From positions 22,366 through 86,365 of the IMG/VR virus record IMGVR_UViG_3300027659_000022: a stretch of 64,000 bases of DNA; one strand, given 5' to 3'. Each line of letters starts with the position of its first letter. The first letter of the stretch is position 1. The notes under the pieces are model-generated. The model saw only the letters and a program-made list of their open reading frames with translations. It was not told the origin of the DNA and did not search any database. Source of the stretch: a virus. The translations under genes and the position numbers were made by a program. This document shows, piece after piece, positions 47,366 through 56,334 of this stretch.

Positions 47366-48556
47366 ATGCTATCATCACATTTTGCCGAAGACATATTTCT
47401 TGAATTCCATGGTCTAGTTGAATCTGATAAAATCAAGGTACAACACACGGACATAGGCCCCATTTCAAGTTTTTACTTGCGAATCTTCAACGATGATGCA
47501 TTGACCAAAAGTCAGGCTGATTTTGTGGTGAAAATTCTTGAAAAATACCGACACCTAGCTATGATGGCAGGATTCGACTATACTGATCCACTGAGAAATC
47601 CTGTATGGAAGCAGCCGTTCCGCGTATTAGACCTTACTAAACGAATCTATGTGGAACGCACAAATCAAGGGAATTTAGAGGTATGTGTGAAATTTCCTTA
47701 TCAGCTGAAAAAAGAGTTCGATGACCAGATAAATTCGTATCAACTCTCAAGTACCAGATTCAACAACTGGGACGCAGATCAAAAACTACGAAGGCTAAAC
47801 CTTTATGATTTCAATCTCATTGCACTGTACGAATTCGCCAATCGAAATAATTTTGAAATAGACGATAGCTTTATAAATGTGTTGGCAGATGTGGAAGAAA
47901 TCTGGCAAAATCAGGAAGAAATTTCACCTGCGTCGGATATCGTCGAGGGTAGAGTTCACCTGTTCAACGCCACTGCCGACGCCGAACAATGGTATAATCT
48001 TCACTGTGTGGGTGAGACTGATAAAGATCTGCTTACCGCCAAACACATGGGGTACTCATACCGCGGACGGCCTAAAAATATCAATGAAAAAATAGCTGCT
48101 CACGCAGAAAACAGCTTTTGGATCAGATCCAACGAGAAGTTTTTTGACCTATATAAAAAGATCACCGGCAAAGCCGCAGTGATGTTAGATCGCACCGGAG
48201 ACACGCTGACCTGGCTGCAGAAGTTTGTGGCAGATGCTGATGCACAAGGAGTTGATAGGGATGAAATCAAGGTATGTTTTAGAGACAGCAAGGATCGAGA
48301 CACTGGTATCAATGAGTGGATTAAGTTGGCGGGCGTTGGCGGAAAAGTAGAGTCAGGAAGAATATTGATATTTGAATCACGCCCAGCTAAATGGTTGTTT
48401 AAAGATCAGAGTGATGTTACACTGTTAGTAACGAACAATGTATTTCCTCCTACGAATGTCATAACTAGAGACTGGTTCAACAGTCATCCTTGTGTGATAT
48501 ACCTTGGAGATATCAAACCATCAGAGACTAAAGGACAAAAAATTGTCGAGCTGTAA
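47366..48556 (+). CDS. Hypothetical protein co-transcribed with uvsW
   Basis: 396-aa ORF with its own promoter; no motif recognised. Confidence 0.7.
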   Translation: MLSSHFAEDIFLEFHGLVESDKIKVQHTDIGPISSFYLRIFNDDALTKSQADFVVKILEKYRHLAMMAGFDYTDPLRNPVWKQPFRVLDLTKRIYVERTNQGNLEVCVKFPYQLKKEFDDQINSYQLSSTRFNNWDADQKLRRLNLYDFNLIALYEFANRNNFEIDDSFINVLADVEEIWQNQEEISPASDIVEGRVHLFNATADAEQWYNLHCVGETDKDLLTAKHMGYSYRGRPKNINEKIAAHAENSFWIRSNEKFFDLYKKITGKAAVMLDRTGDTLTWLQKFVADADAQGVDRDEIKVCFRDSKDRDTGINEWIKLAGVGGKVESGRILIFESRPAKWLFKDQSDVTLLVTNNVFPPTNVITRDWFNSHPCVIYLGDIKPSETKGQKIVEL

Positions 48557-49997
48557 ACTGATCATCCGAGACGAAGTCAACGTAAAATTTGAAGGCCTCA
48601 GCGTAGAGACTCGTCGAAAGATCGTGAACAAATTAAAATACGATCTTCCCTATGCTCGACACATGCCTGCATATAAACTAGGCAGGTGGGACGGCACTAA
48701 AACCTATTTTGGTATCGGCGGCACGGGATATCTCGCACATCTAGATGTGATCCTTCCTATCATCGAAGATTCAGGTTATGAGTTAGATATCGAAGATCTA
48801 AGATCGTTGCATAAATTTTCATTCCAACCCGTGTCGGAAACCTATTGGGCAGATCAGGGCAAAACATGGCCACAGGGACACATCGAAGCAGGAACTCCTA
48901 TTGTGCTGCGTGATTATCAATATGATGTCATCAACAAATTTTTAGAAAATCCGCAGGCCCTGCAAGAAGTGGCTACAGGAGCTGGCAAGACCATAACCAC
49001 AGCCACATTGAGCCATCTATGTGAACCGTATGGGCGTACAATGATTATTGTGCCTAACAAGAGTCTAGTAGTTCAGACTGAAGAAGACTATCGAAATCTT
49101 GGACTAGACGTTGGAGTATACTTCGGTGATAGAAAAGAATTAGGCCGCACTCACACTATCTGCACGTGGCAGAGTCTTAATATCTTAGACAAGAAAAGTC
49201 ACGACGAAGCCACAATGACCCTAGCAGAATTCTGTGAAGACGTGGTAGCTGTGATTGTAGACGAAGTGCATCAGGCCAAGGCAGAAGTGTTGACAAAACT
49301 GCTGACACAGAATTTTAAAAACTGTGCCATACGATGGGGACTCACAGGTACAGTGCCCAAAGAAGCTTGGGAATATCAAGGCATACTGGCCAGTATTGGT
49401 CCAGTGATCAATCAGGTATCTGCACATGATCTACAGACCAAAGGTGTACTGGCGCAGTTAAACATCAATGTGTTACAGACTACAGATGTGCAGGTGTTTA
49501 CATCCTTCCAAGATGAATACACGTTTCTAGTCACAGACGATACAAGACTTAAATGGATCGCTGATAAAATTACCAGCATATCTGCTGCTGGCAACACCCT
49601 GGTATTGATCAATAGAATCGACACAGGAAATAAATTAATTGCTTTGATTCCCGAGGCAGTGTTTGTGAGTGGCGGTATGAAACTAGGCGACCGCAAGGAA
49701 GAGTATGATGAAATTAAAACAAGTGATAACAAGATTATTGTGGCGACTTATGGTGTGGCCGCTGTGGGTATTAATATTCCACGTATTTTTAATCTGGTTC
49801 TTTTGGAACCCGGAAAGAGCTTTGTCCGCGTTATACAAAGCATTGGGCGAGGCATTAGACGAGCAGAGGATAAAGACCATGTGGAAATCTGGGACATAAC
49901 CAGTGCCTGCAAATACAGCAAGCGACATTTAACAGAACGCAAAAAGTTTTATAAGGATGCAAAGTATCCGTTCACGGTTACAAAAGTAAACATATGA
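48543..49997 (+). CDS. uvsW: SF2 DNA helicase
   Basis: Probable TTG start at 48543 after AGGA; WDG, LRDYQ, ATGAGKT, DEVH, LTGT, GINIP and QSIGRGIR. Confidence 0.9.
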   Translation: MSSCKLIIRDEVNVKFEGLSVETRRKIVNKLKYDLPYARHMPAYKLGRWDGTKTYFGIGGTGYLAHLDVILPIIEDSGYELDIEDLRSLHKFSFQPVSETYWADQGKTWPQGHIEAGTPIVLRDYQYDVINKFLENPQALQEVATGAGKTITTATLSHLCEPYGRTMIIVPNKSLVVQTEEDYRNLGLDVGVYFGDRKELGRTHTICTWQSLNILDKKSHDEATMTLAEFCEDVVAVIVDEVHQAKAEVLTKLLTQNFKNCAIRWGLTGTVPKEAWEYQGILASIGPVINQVSAHDLQTKGVLAQLNINVLQTTDVQVFTSFQDEYTFLVTDDTRLKWIADKITSISAAGNTLVLINRIDTGNKLIALIPEAVFVSGGMKLGDRKEEYDEIKTSDNKIIVATYGVAAVGINIPRIFNLVLLEPGKSFVRVIQSIGRGIRRAEDKDHVEIWDITSACKYSKRHLTERKKFYKDAKYPFTVTKVNI

Positions 49998-50548
49998 GTG
50001 AAAGAAAGTTAACAAAATGGGCGTTCCCCTACATTAAAAGTTTTAGGACATACATCGATATTGGTGCAAGTACTGGAAAAACATCTATTCCTTTTATAGG
50101 AAAATTTGAAAAAATTTATTGCTTTGAACCTAATCCTAGAAGTTTTGAAGAGTTATCAAAAAATAAAAATCTAATTTGCTATAATTATGCAATTGGGGAT
50201 AAAAACGAAATTAAAGAATTAGTAATGAACGATTCTACAAACAATCCCGAACACGGATCAATTGCTGAAGAAAGAAATAAAGATTGGGTTACAGGTGAAA
50301 GATTTAAAGTTGAAGTTAAACGACTAGACGACTTTAAATTTGAATCAATCGATTTTATAAAAATTGACACGGAGCAATACGAGTTACAGGTTATAGAGGG
50401 TGCAATAAAAACAATTAAAAAACATAAACCTACTATATTTTTTGAAAATAAAAGAAATGAAGCAGACCAAGTAATCTTACTTTTATTAGATTTAGGATTC
50501 ACAGTAAAAAAATGGAAAAGCGATACTATAGCATATTACACGGAATAA
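49994..50548 (+). CDS. FkbM-family methyltransferase (AT-rich)
   Basis: IDIGASTG, FEPN and FIKIDTEQYELQVIEGA. Confidence 0.9.
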   Translation: MSERKLTKWAFPYIKSFRTYIDIGASTGKTSIPFIGKFEKIYCFEPNPRSFEELSKNKNLICYNYAIGDKNEIKELVMNDSTNNPEHGSIAEERNKDWVTGERFKVEVKRLDDFKFESIDFIKIDTEQYELQVIEGAIKTIKKHKPTIFFENKRNEADQVILLLLDLGFTVKKWKSDTIAYYTE

Positions 50549-50551
50549 ATT

Positions 50552-51058
50552 ATGAAAATTTTAACATTAAACAACAGATCATTTGATCTCAACGAACTAC
50601 CAGAAGAAGTAGATGAAGATACTAGATTTTCAGTATTAGATAATTCTAATCCTCAAGAACCTGATTTCTTTTTCATGCCATTGATATTTTTAGAATCGTT
50701 TAATTCGCCAGCAATACTGCTGCGTATAGGCGGCCACGAAGTTCAGATGCCGTTGGATTGGTGCATGGTAGTAGGAGACAAAGAATGCGGTTTAGATCCA
50801 GAAGTATTGCCTTTAACCAGTATCAATGAACGAGGGTTTGATGCGTTGGTGTTTAATCCTATCAAAGGTTTCAAGACGGATTTTTTACCCATAGAAATTA
50901 TAAACATCTTTCAAGATGTTCGTTGGTATTTTCCTAAGATGAAAAACGGACAGTTACTAACCGTGCCCTTGCACGACGATCCAAATCCTCCCTGTGTGTT
51001 CTTTGTCAAAGAAGTCAGCAGGCAGAGCGAAATCGTACAGCTACACAAGTTGGTGTGA
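50552..51058 (+). CDS. Hypothetical beta-rich protein
   Basis: 168-aa ORF in tight operon spacing. Confidence 0.65.
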   Translation: MKILTLNNRSFDLNELPEEVDEDTRFSVLDNSNPQEPDFFFMPLIFLESFNSPAILLRIGGHEVQMPLDWCMVVGDKECGLDPEVLPLTSINERGFDALVFNPIKGFKTDFLPIEIINIFQDVRWYFPKMKNGQLLTVPLHDDPNPPCVFFVKEVSRQSEIVQLHKLV

Positions 51059-51066
51059 AATAAATA
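51059..51066 (+). promoter_or_regulatory. Late promoter box (AATAAATA)
   Basis: Immediately after a stop codon; heads the cupin-MTase-GT-gmd-MTase run. Confidence 0.5.
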
Positions 51067-51089
51067 CTCAGATAATTAAAGGGTACCAT

Positions 51090-51434
51090 ATGAAAGCAGG
51101 TAAAGTTTGGGGTCAGACAGAATTGTTAGAAGCTAACGGTGTACTTGAGTTTCACCGTATTGAAGCCAAGGCCGGCGGAGTATGTTCTAAACACAAACAC
51201 AAATTTAAATGGAATGGTTTCTTTGTGGAATCTGGTGAAATGATTATTCGTGTTTGGAAAAATAATTACGACTTAGTCGATGAAACCTTGCTCAAAGCAG
51301 GTGAATACACAAAGGTTGCTCCGGGAGAATATCACCAGTTTGAAGCAGTTACAGACTGTGTAGCATTTGAACTGTACTGGGCAGAATTTGATCATGATGA
51401 CATTGCTAGAGAATCTGTAGGGTATTCAAAATAA
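51090..51434 (+). CDS. Cupin (RmlC-like; sugar isomerase-like)
   Basis: Start 51090; KVWG, CSKHKH..K.NGF.V.SG and PGEYHQF. Confidence 0.8.
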   Translation: MKAGKVWGQTELLEANGVLEFHRIEAKAGGVCSKHKHKFKWNGFFVESGEMIIRVWKNNYDLVDETLLKAGEYTKVAPGEYHQFEAVTDCVAFELYWAEFDHDDIARESVGYSK

Positions 51435-51435
51435 A

Positions 51436-52110
51436 ATGAGCAATCCTGTTGAAGAAAAATTAAAAGCTGCATTCGCCGGGGTTGATCCTACTACATGTCT
51501 TGATGTTGGAGCAAACACAGGACAATTTACCACTGAGTGGCGAAAGGTATTTCCGGCATGTAAAATAACATCAATCGAACCAAATCCCTATTGCGAAAAG
51601 GGATTGAAAAAAATAGGAGTCGAATATTTTCAATACGGTATATCAGATAAAATTGGAGAGTTAGAACTTATTTTACCGAAAGCTAAGTCGAATTCTAAAG
51701 GTGCATCATTTTATAAAGAAATTAATTTTAATGGTTTATCCGATGATGAAATTTTAAAAATTAAAGTACCTGTGACTACACTTGACACTTTATTTCCCGA
51801 TAATGTGTTTGATGTAATTAAGATTGATGTTCAAGGAGCTGAGTTAGATGTTATCAATGGCGGCACATTGCTTTTATCAAAATCGTTGTATGTTATCATA
51901 GAAGTTTCGCTGATTCCATACAACGAAGGGGCACCGTTAGCAGATGTTATTGTGAGCCGCATGAAAGATTTTAATTTTTTTATTCAGGACATCGTCGGTA
52001 GGCATACTAATAAATCTGGTATTACACTACAATTAGATTTATTATTTGCAAAAATCGATACACATAGACTATCTGCTGTTAATGATTTTAAAAAAGAACT
52101 AGGACTATAA
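51436..52110 (+). CDS. FkbM-family methyltransferase
   Basis: LDVGANTG, IEPN, IKIDVQGAELDV..G and QLDLLF. Confidence 0.9.
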   Translation: MSNPVEEKLKAAFAGVDPTTCLDVGANTGQFTTEWRKVFPACKITSIEPNPYCEKGLKKIGVEYFQYGISDKIGELELILPKAKSNSKGASFYKEINFNGLSDDEILKIKVPVTTLDTLFPDNVFDVIKIDVQGAELDVINGGTLLLSKSLYVIIEVSLIPYNEGAPLADVIVSRMKDFNFFIQDIVGRHTNKSGITLQLDLLFAKIDTHRLSAVNDFKKELGL

Positions 52111-52839
52111 ATGAAAATTGGAATAGTATCAACTTTTAGCGATCAGGGGTATTATGATTATGCCAATCATTTTGTAGATAGTCTTAACAGCAAGTTAGAT
52201 GAACAGATTGCTGTGTTTCTTTACATAGACAATAGTAAAAAATTATTTAAAAGAAATTCTAATATAAATGTCATAAATTTAGAAAAAGCAGTTCCTGATT
52301 TAACCCAATTTAAAAATAGAAACAAGAATAAGCCGGTTGATTCATTTATAAACGACGGTGTTAGATTTAGCCATAAGAGTTATGCTATTTGGCATGCTGC
52401 GATGCACAGCGGAGTCGACGTTCTAGTTTGGTTAGATGCTGATACCGAACTACTCAAATATATGTCAGCGGAATATTTAAAGACATTTTTACCAGACGGA
52501 TATTTTACCAGTTATCTAGGAAGGCATAGTTACAGTGAAACCGGATTCATTGCATTTGATCTAAGAAATCCTTATACTAAAGAATTTTTTGATATTTTTA
52601 AAAGTTATTATGATTCGGACCGAATCTATACGTTGCCAGCATTTACTGATTGTCATGTGTTTGATGCCACTAGAACAGAACTAGAAACTACTGGCAAAAT
52701 AAAAGGACACAATCTCACACCAACAGAAGTGAAACATCCTTTTAATCATACATTTGAAGGATTTATGATGCATCACAAAGGCGGAAGAAAAGACGAAAGA
52801 GAGAAAATCATATCAAAATTAAGGAAAAAAGAAAAATGA
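52111..52839 (+). CDS. GT-A (DxD) glycosyltransferase, paralogue of 45237-46070
   Basis: VRFSHKSYAI, VWLDADT, YSETGF, DCHVFD and HHKGGRK. Confidence 0.7.
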   Translation: MKIGIVSTFSDQGYYDYANHFVDSLNSKLDEQIAVFLYIDNSKKLFKRNSNINVINLEKAVPDLTQFKNRNKNKPVDSFINDGVRFSHKSYAIWHAAMHSGVDVLVWLDADTELLKYMSAEYLKTFLPDGYFTSYLGRHSYSETGFIAFDLRNPYTKEFFDIFKSYYDSDRIYTLPAFTDCHVFDATRTELETTGKIKGHNLTPTEVKHPFNHTFEGFMMHHKGGRKDEREKIISKLRKKEK

Positions 52840-53816
52840 AAAAAGTAGCATTTGTCACTGGGATGACCGGTCAAGACGGACCGTATCTTGCAAAACTTCT
52901 TCTTGAAAAAGATTATACTGTATACGGGTTAGTAAAAAGGTATTCAAATCCAAATTTAAATAATCTTGAATTTTTAGGAATTGAAAACGATATCGAATTA
53001 GTGACCGGAGACATTACTGATGACGGTTCTATGAACCACATCATTAAAAATTTAAAACCACACGAAATATACAACCTAGCAGCACAGAGTTTTGTAGGAG
53101 CAAGTTGGGATCTAAATAAATTAACCACTGAAGTCAACAGCCTGGGACCTTTAAATATTTTAAATTCTATTAAAATGCACAGCCCGTTGTCTAAATATTA
53201 TCAGGCCAGCACCAGTGAAATGTACGGTAATAGTAACGGCGGAATGCAGGATGAAAATACAACTTTCAAACCACGAAGTCCTTACGGAGTTAGCAAATTG
53301 TATGCATACTGGATGACTATTAATTTTAGAGAAAGTTATAGTATTCATGCATCAAACGGAATTTTGTTTAATCATGAAAGCCCGTTAAGAGGAATAGAAT
53401 TTGTAACTAGGAAAGTTACCAACGGCATTGCTAAGATAAAATTAGGACTGCAGGATAAAATAACCTTGGGTAATATTGATAGCAAACGAGATTGGGGGTA
53501 TGCCGGAGACTTTGTCGAAGCCATGTGGATGATGGTTCAACAAGAAGAGCCGGGTGATTACGTTGTGAGCACAGGTGTTCAACATAGCATTGCAGATCTG
53601 TTAACTATCGGATTTAACCATGTAGGAATTACAGATTGGAAAAAATATATTGAATCAGATCCTAGATTTAAACGTCCTGCAGAATTACACAGCCTTTGTG
53701 GCGACAGCACCAAGGCTAAAAAAGTGTTAGGATGGCAACCTAAAACAAATTTTGAAACACTTATTAAAGAAATGGTAGATGCAGATTTAAAAAGATTGCA
53801 GAAAAATAAAAGTTAA
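52836..53816 (+). CDS. gmd: GDP-mannose 4,6-dehydratase
   Basis: TGMTGQDGPYL, YNLAAQSFV, YQASTSEMYG, PRSPYGVSK, GILFNHESP.RG.EFVTRK and RDWG.A.D. Confidence 0.96.
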   Translation: MKKVAFVTGMTGQDGPYLAKLLLEKDYTVYGLVKRYSNPNLNNLEFLGIENDIELVTGDITDDGSMNHIIKNLKPHEIYNLAAQSFVGASWDLNKLTTEVNSLGPLNILNSIKMHSPLSKYYQASTSEMYGNSNGGMQDENTTFKPRSPYGVSKLYAYWMTINFRESYSIHASNGILFNHESPLRGIEFVTRKVTNGIAKIKLGLQDKITLGNIDSKRDWGYAGDFVEAMWMMVQQEEPGDYVVSTGVQHSIADLLTIGFNHVGITDWKKYIESDPRFKRPAELHSLCGDSTKAKKVLGWQPKTNFETLIKEMVDADLKRLQKNKS

Positions 53817-53829
53817 CAGGACAACTAAT

Positions 53830-54492
53830 ATGAATATCGAAGACTGGTCAGTTGTCTCTGGAGATCGTGCATTAAGATCAGCCCTTGCAAAAGCAGACAT
53901 AATACCCGATCGACCTTCAACTATACTCGATTACCAGAAAGGTAAACTTAACATTGCTTTAGGATTTGTCAAAAATTTTACCACAGCTATAGATGCCGGT
54001 GCTAACTATGGCATAATGAGTTATAACTTAAACAGCAAATTTTTTAAAATTTATGCATTTGAGGTAGATACTCCGGTTCGAGAATGTCTTAAAAAAAATG
54101 TGGAAAAATTCCAACTAGATAATGTAGTAGTGTGCGATTGTGGGCTAAGTGACAAAGAAGAACTTGTTTCTCTGAAGTACCTTAAAAATACTTTTGGTAC
54201 TCACATTAATAAAGAAGTTTCTGGAACACATATTTGTAAAACTTTAGATTCTTTTGAATTAGCAGAAGTTGGATTTATAAAATTAGACTGTGAAGGATAT
54301 GAGCCTTATATCCTGCGAGGTGCTGAACAAACTATTAAAAAATATAAGCCAGTGATATTAATGGAAGAAAAAAACTATTCAGGAAAGTATTATGGTGAAG
54401 AAGGAAATCTAGCAGTTGATCTGTTGTTATCCTGGGGATACACTATGGAAGTAAGTTGGCCGAAAGACTGTGTTATGATTTATAAAGGTTGA
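53830..54492 (+). CDS. FkbM-family methyltransferase
   Basis: IDAGANYG, AFEV and FIKLDCEGYEPYILRGA. Confidence 0.88.
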   Translation: MNIEDWSVVSGDRALRSALAKADIIPDRPSTILDYQKGKLNIALGFVKNFTTAIDAGANYGIMSYNLNSKFFKIYAFEVDTPVRECLKKNVEKFQLDNVVVCDCGLSDKEELVSLKYLKNTFGTHINKEVSGTHICKTLDSFELAEVGFIKLDCEGYEPYILRGAEQTIKKYKPVILMEEKNYSGKYYGEEGNLAVDLLLSWGYTMEVSWPKDCVMIYKG

Positions 54493-54494
54493 CT

Positions 54495-54776
54495 ATGGGA
54501 TCTCTTAAACCGGGTGCAACCTATATCTACGAACGCAACGGTGAAGAAATCTACGCCAGAGAAGCAGGCAAGACCGAACGAACCATGATTGGTTATCAGT
54601 ATGAAAACAAACCAGATCCCCGAACCGATGATGGCCGTCCATTGTACGAACATCTTAAAGAAGATAAACTGTGGGGCGAAATCCGTCGGGCGGCAAAAAC
54701 CAACAAGGCCTTGCAATCTATTTTAGATCGTGCTATACTTGTGTATCATCTAAGCAAAGATCATGGGAAAAAATAA
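54495..54776 (+). CDS. Hypothetical protein
   Basis: Probable ATG at 54495 (MGSLKPGATYIYER). Confidence 0.6.
   Translation: MGSLKPGATYIYERNGEEIYAREAGKTERTMIGYQYENKPDPRTDDGRPLYEHLKEDKLWGEIRRAAKTNKALQSILDRAILVYHLSKDHGKK
54711..54739 (+). promoter_or_regulatory. Sigma70-type promoter TTGCAA-17-TATACT with an extended -10 TG
   Basis: Lies inside the upstream gene, 23 nt before ATG 54763. Confidence 0.55.
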
Positions 54777-55242
54777 ACACGTAGACCTATTCAAAGATAT
54801 GATTCCTGCAGTAGACATGGGGGTCAAAGAACTTTGGGACGCAGCCACAGACGATGGTCGAAAAGAAATCAAAGGCGATTTCTGGAATCTCAATCGATAC
54901 ATCAGTTCGGTGAAATCTTCAAGTGCAGAACTGCAAGAACACTATGTACTCACTGTTAACGAATACTACAACAAGCATTGGGCTGATATACAGCAGCATC
55001 CACAGTTGGTATGGCAGACGCTGTGTCTCTGCAGCCATGAATCGAAAAAAACACACTTCCACGAATGGATTCCTCTGAAAACACGCAAGAACAAAAAGGA
55101 AGAATTCATCGCCGAACATTTTCCTAACATGAAGCGAGCAGACATTGAAACACTGGCAGAACTCACCACAGATCAAGAAATCAAACAGTACTGTGAGAAC
55201 CTTGGTTGGGACAAAAAGCAGATCCATGGACTTAAACTTTAA
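54763..55242 (+). CDS. Probable clamp-loader small subunit (T4 gp62-like)
   Basis: W.LNRYISS, VNEYYN, HPQL.W and H.WI; size and replication context fit. Confidence 0.5.
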   Translation: MGKNKHVDLFKDMIPAVDMGVKELWDAATDDGRKEIKGDFWNLNRYISSVKSSSAELQEHYVLTVNEYYNKHWADIQQHPQLVWQTLCLCSHESKKTHFHEWIPLKTRKNKKEEFIAEHFPNMKRADIETLAELTTDQEIKQYCENLGWDKKQIHGLKL

Positions 55243-55909
55243 GTGCGAATATTGTGGTAAAACATTTGCCAAGGAAAAGACTCTGTTTGTACATGTCTGC
55301 GAACAGAAACGCCGACATCTTGGACAGAATGAACGACACGTACATATGGGATTGATCACCTTCCAACGATTCTACGATCTCACACAAAAATCCAAGGGCA
55401 CCAAGACCTTTGACGAATTTGCTGCCAGTCCGTACTATACAGCATTTGTGAAATTTGGCAGTTTCATGATCAATACTGCACCCATCTATCCTGAACGATT
55501 CATAGACTTTGTGATCAAGAGTGGAGTTAAGTTAGATCATTGGTGTCGTGATGAGTTGTATGACGCTTACATCAGCGAATTGATCAAGATCGAACCAGCA
55601 GACGGAGCCATACAAAGAACCATACAGAACATGATGGCCTGGAGCGAAAAGAACCACAGTGCTTGGGAACATTATTTTGCCTATGTGAATCTCAATCGTG
55701 CCACACATGATATCAAAGAAGGATTAATCTCTCCTTGGATACTATTAAATACTCGAGAAGGCAAGACTATGTTGCAAAAGATGAATGATGAACAGTTGGC
55801 TATAGTTGGTCCAGTAATTGATCCGCAGTTCTGGTTACGTAGATTTAAAGAATTGCCTGCAGATCTAGAACTGGTAAGAGATGTTATCAAGGAGGCCAAG
55901 ATATTGTAA
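55226..55909 (+). CDS. Hypothetical protein with an N-terminal C2HC zinc finger
   Basis: Start 55226; FKCEYCGKTFAKEKTLFVHVC. Confidence 0.65.
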   Translation: MDLNFKCEYCGKTFAKEKTLFVHVCEQKRRHLGQNERHVHMGLITFQRFYDLTQKSKGTKTFDEFAASPYYTAFVKFGSFMINTAPIYPERFIDFVIKSGVKLDHWCRDELYDAYISELIKIEPADGAIQRTIQNMMAWSEKNHSAWEHYFAYVNLNRATHDIKEGLISPWILLNTREGKTMLQKMNDEQLAIVGPVIDPQFWLRRFKELPADLELVRDVIKEAKIL

Positions 55910-56136
55910 TGCCGAAAAAACCCAAGATAGAAGAAGTTCTAGAAGAACTGGCAGAGAACGAATCATTTATCTCAGAGGATGACATAGAGATAGAAGTTAT
56001 GTGCACCAGTGACGAAGAACCTGCGGTATTTGTAAAATTCACCAATTTCTCAGATGCAGAAGACGCAGAGGCCTATGCAGAGTTTCTCGCAGAAACATTG
56101 CCTTTGCTATTGTTTGAATCTACAAGGATGCACTAA
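55909..56136 (+). CDS. Small acidic hypothetical protein
   Basis: AAGGAGG upstream; TAATG coupling on both sides. Confidence 0.6.
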   Translation: MPKKPKIEEVLEELAENESFISEDDIEIEVMCTSDEEPAVFVKFTNFSDAEDAEAYAEFLAETLPLLLFESTRMH

Positions 56137-56333
56137 TGACTAGAACTTTAAAAAACGGAGAGCAAGTTGAGGAACTAGAAATTCCTGTGATACTTACCAT
56201 TAAAACCAAGTGCCCACAAAAATACATGCTGATTGATCAAGAGACCGGCGAGGTATATACTCCATATGCTACTCCGGGATCCAGGCAATGGCGTAAGATC
56301 GCGCAGGGCGACCTAGAATTTATTTGGAACTGA
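56136..56333 (+). CDS. Small hypothetical protein
   Basis: 65 aa, TAATG-coupled; TKCP.KY.LID.ETGEVY. Confidence 0.6.
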   Translation: MTRTLKNGEQVEELEIPVILTIKTKCPQKYMLIDQETGEVYTPYATPGSRQWRKIAQGDLEFIWN

Positions 56334-56334
56334 A

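Noticed and set aside
37797-54492. Bacterial LPS/capsule locus (host contamination or prophage boundary)
   Set aside because: The genes are interleaved with uvsY, uvsW and phage late promoters; there are no flippase, polymerase or export genes and no integrase or att site.
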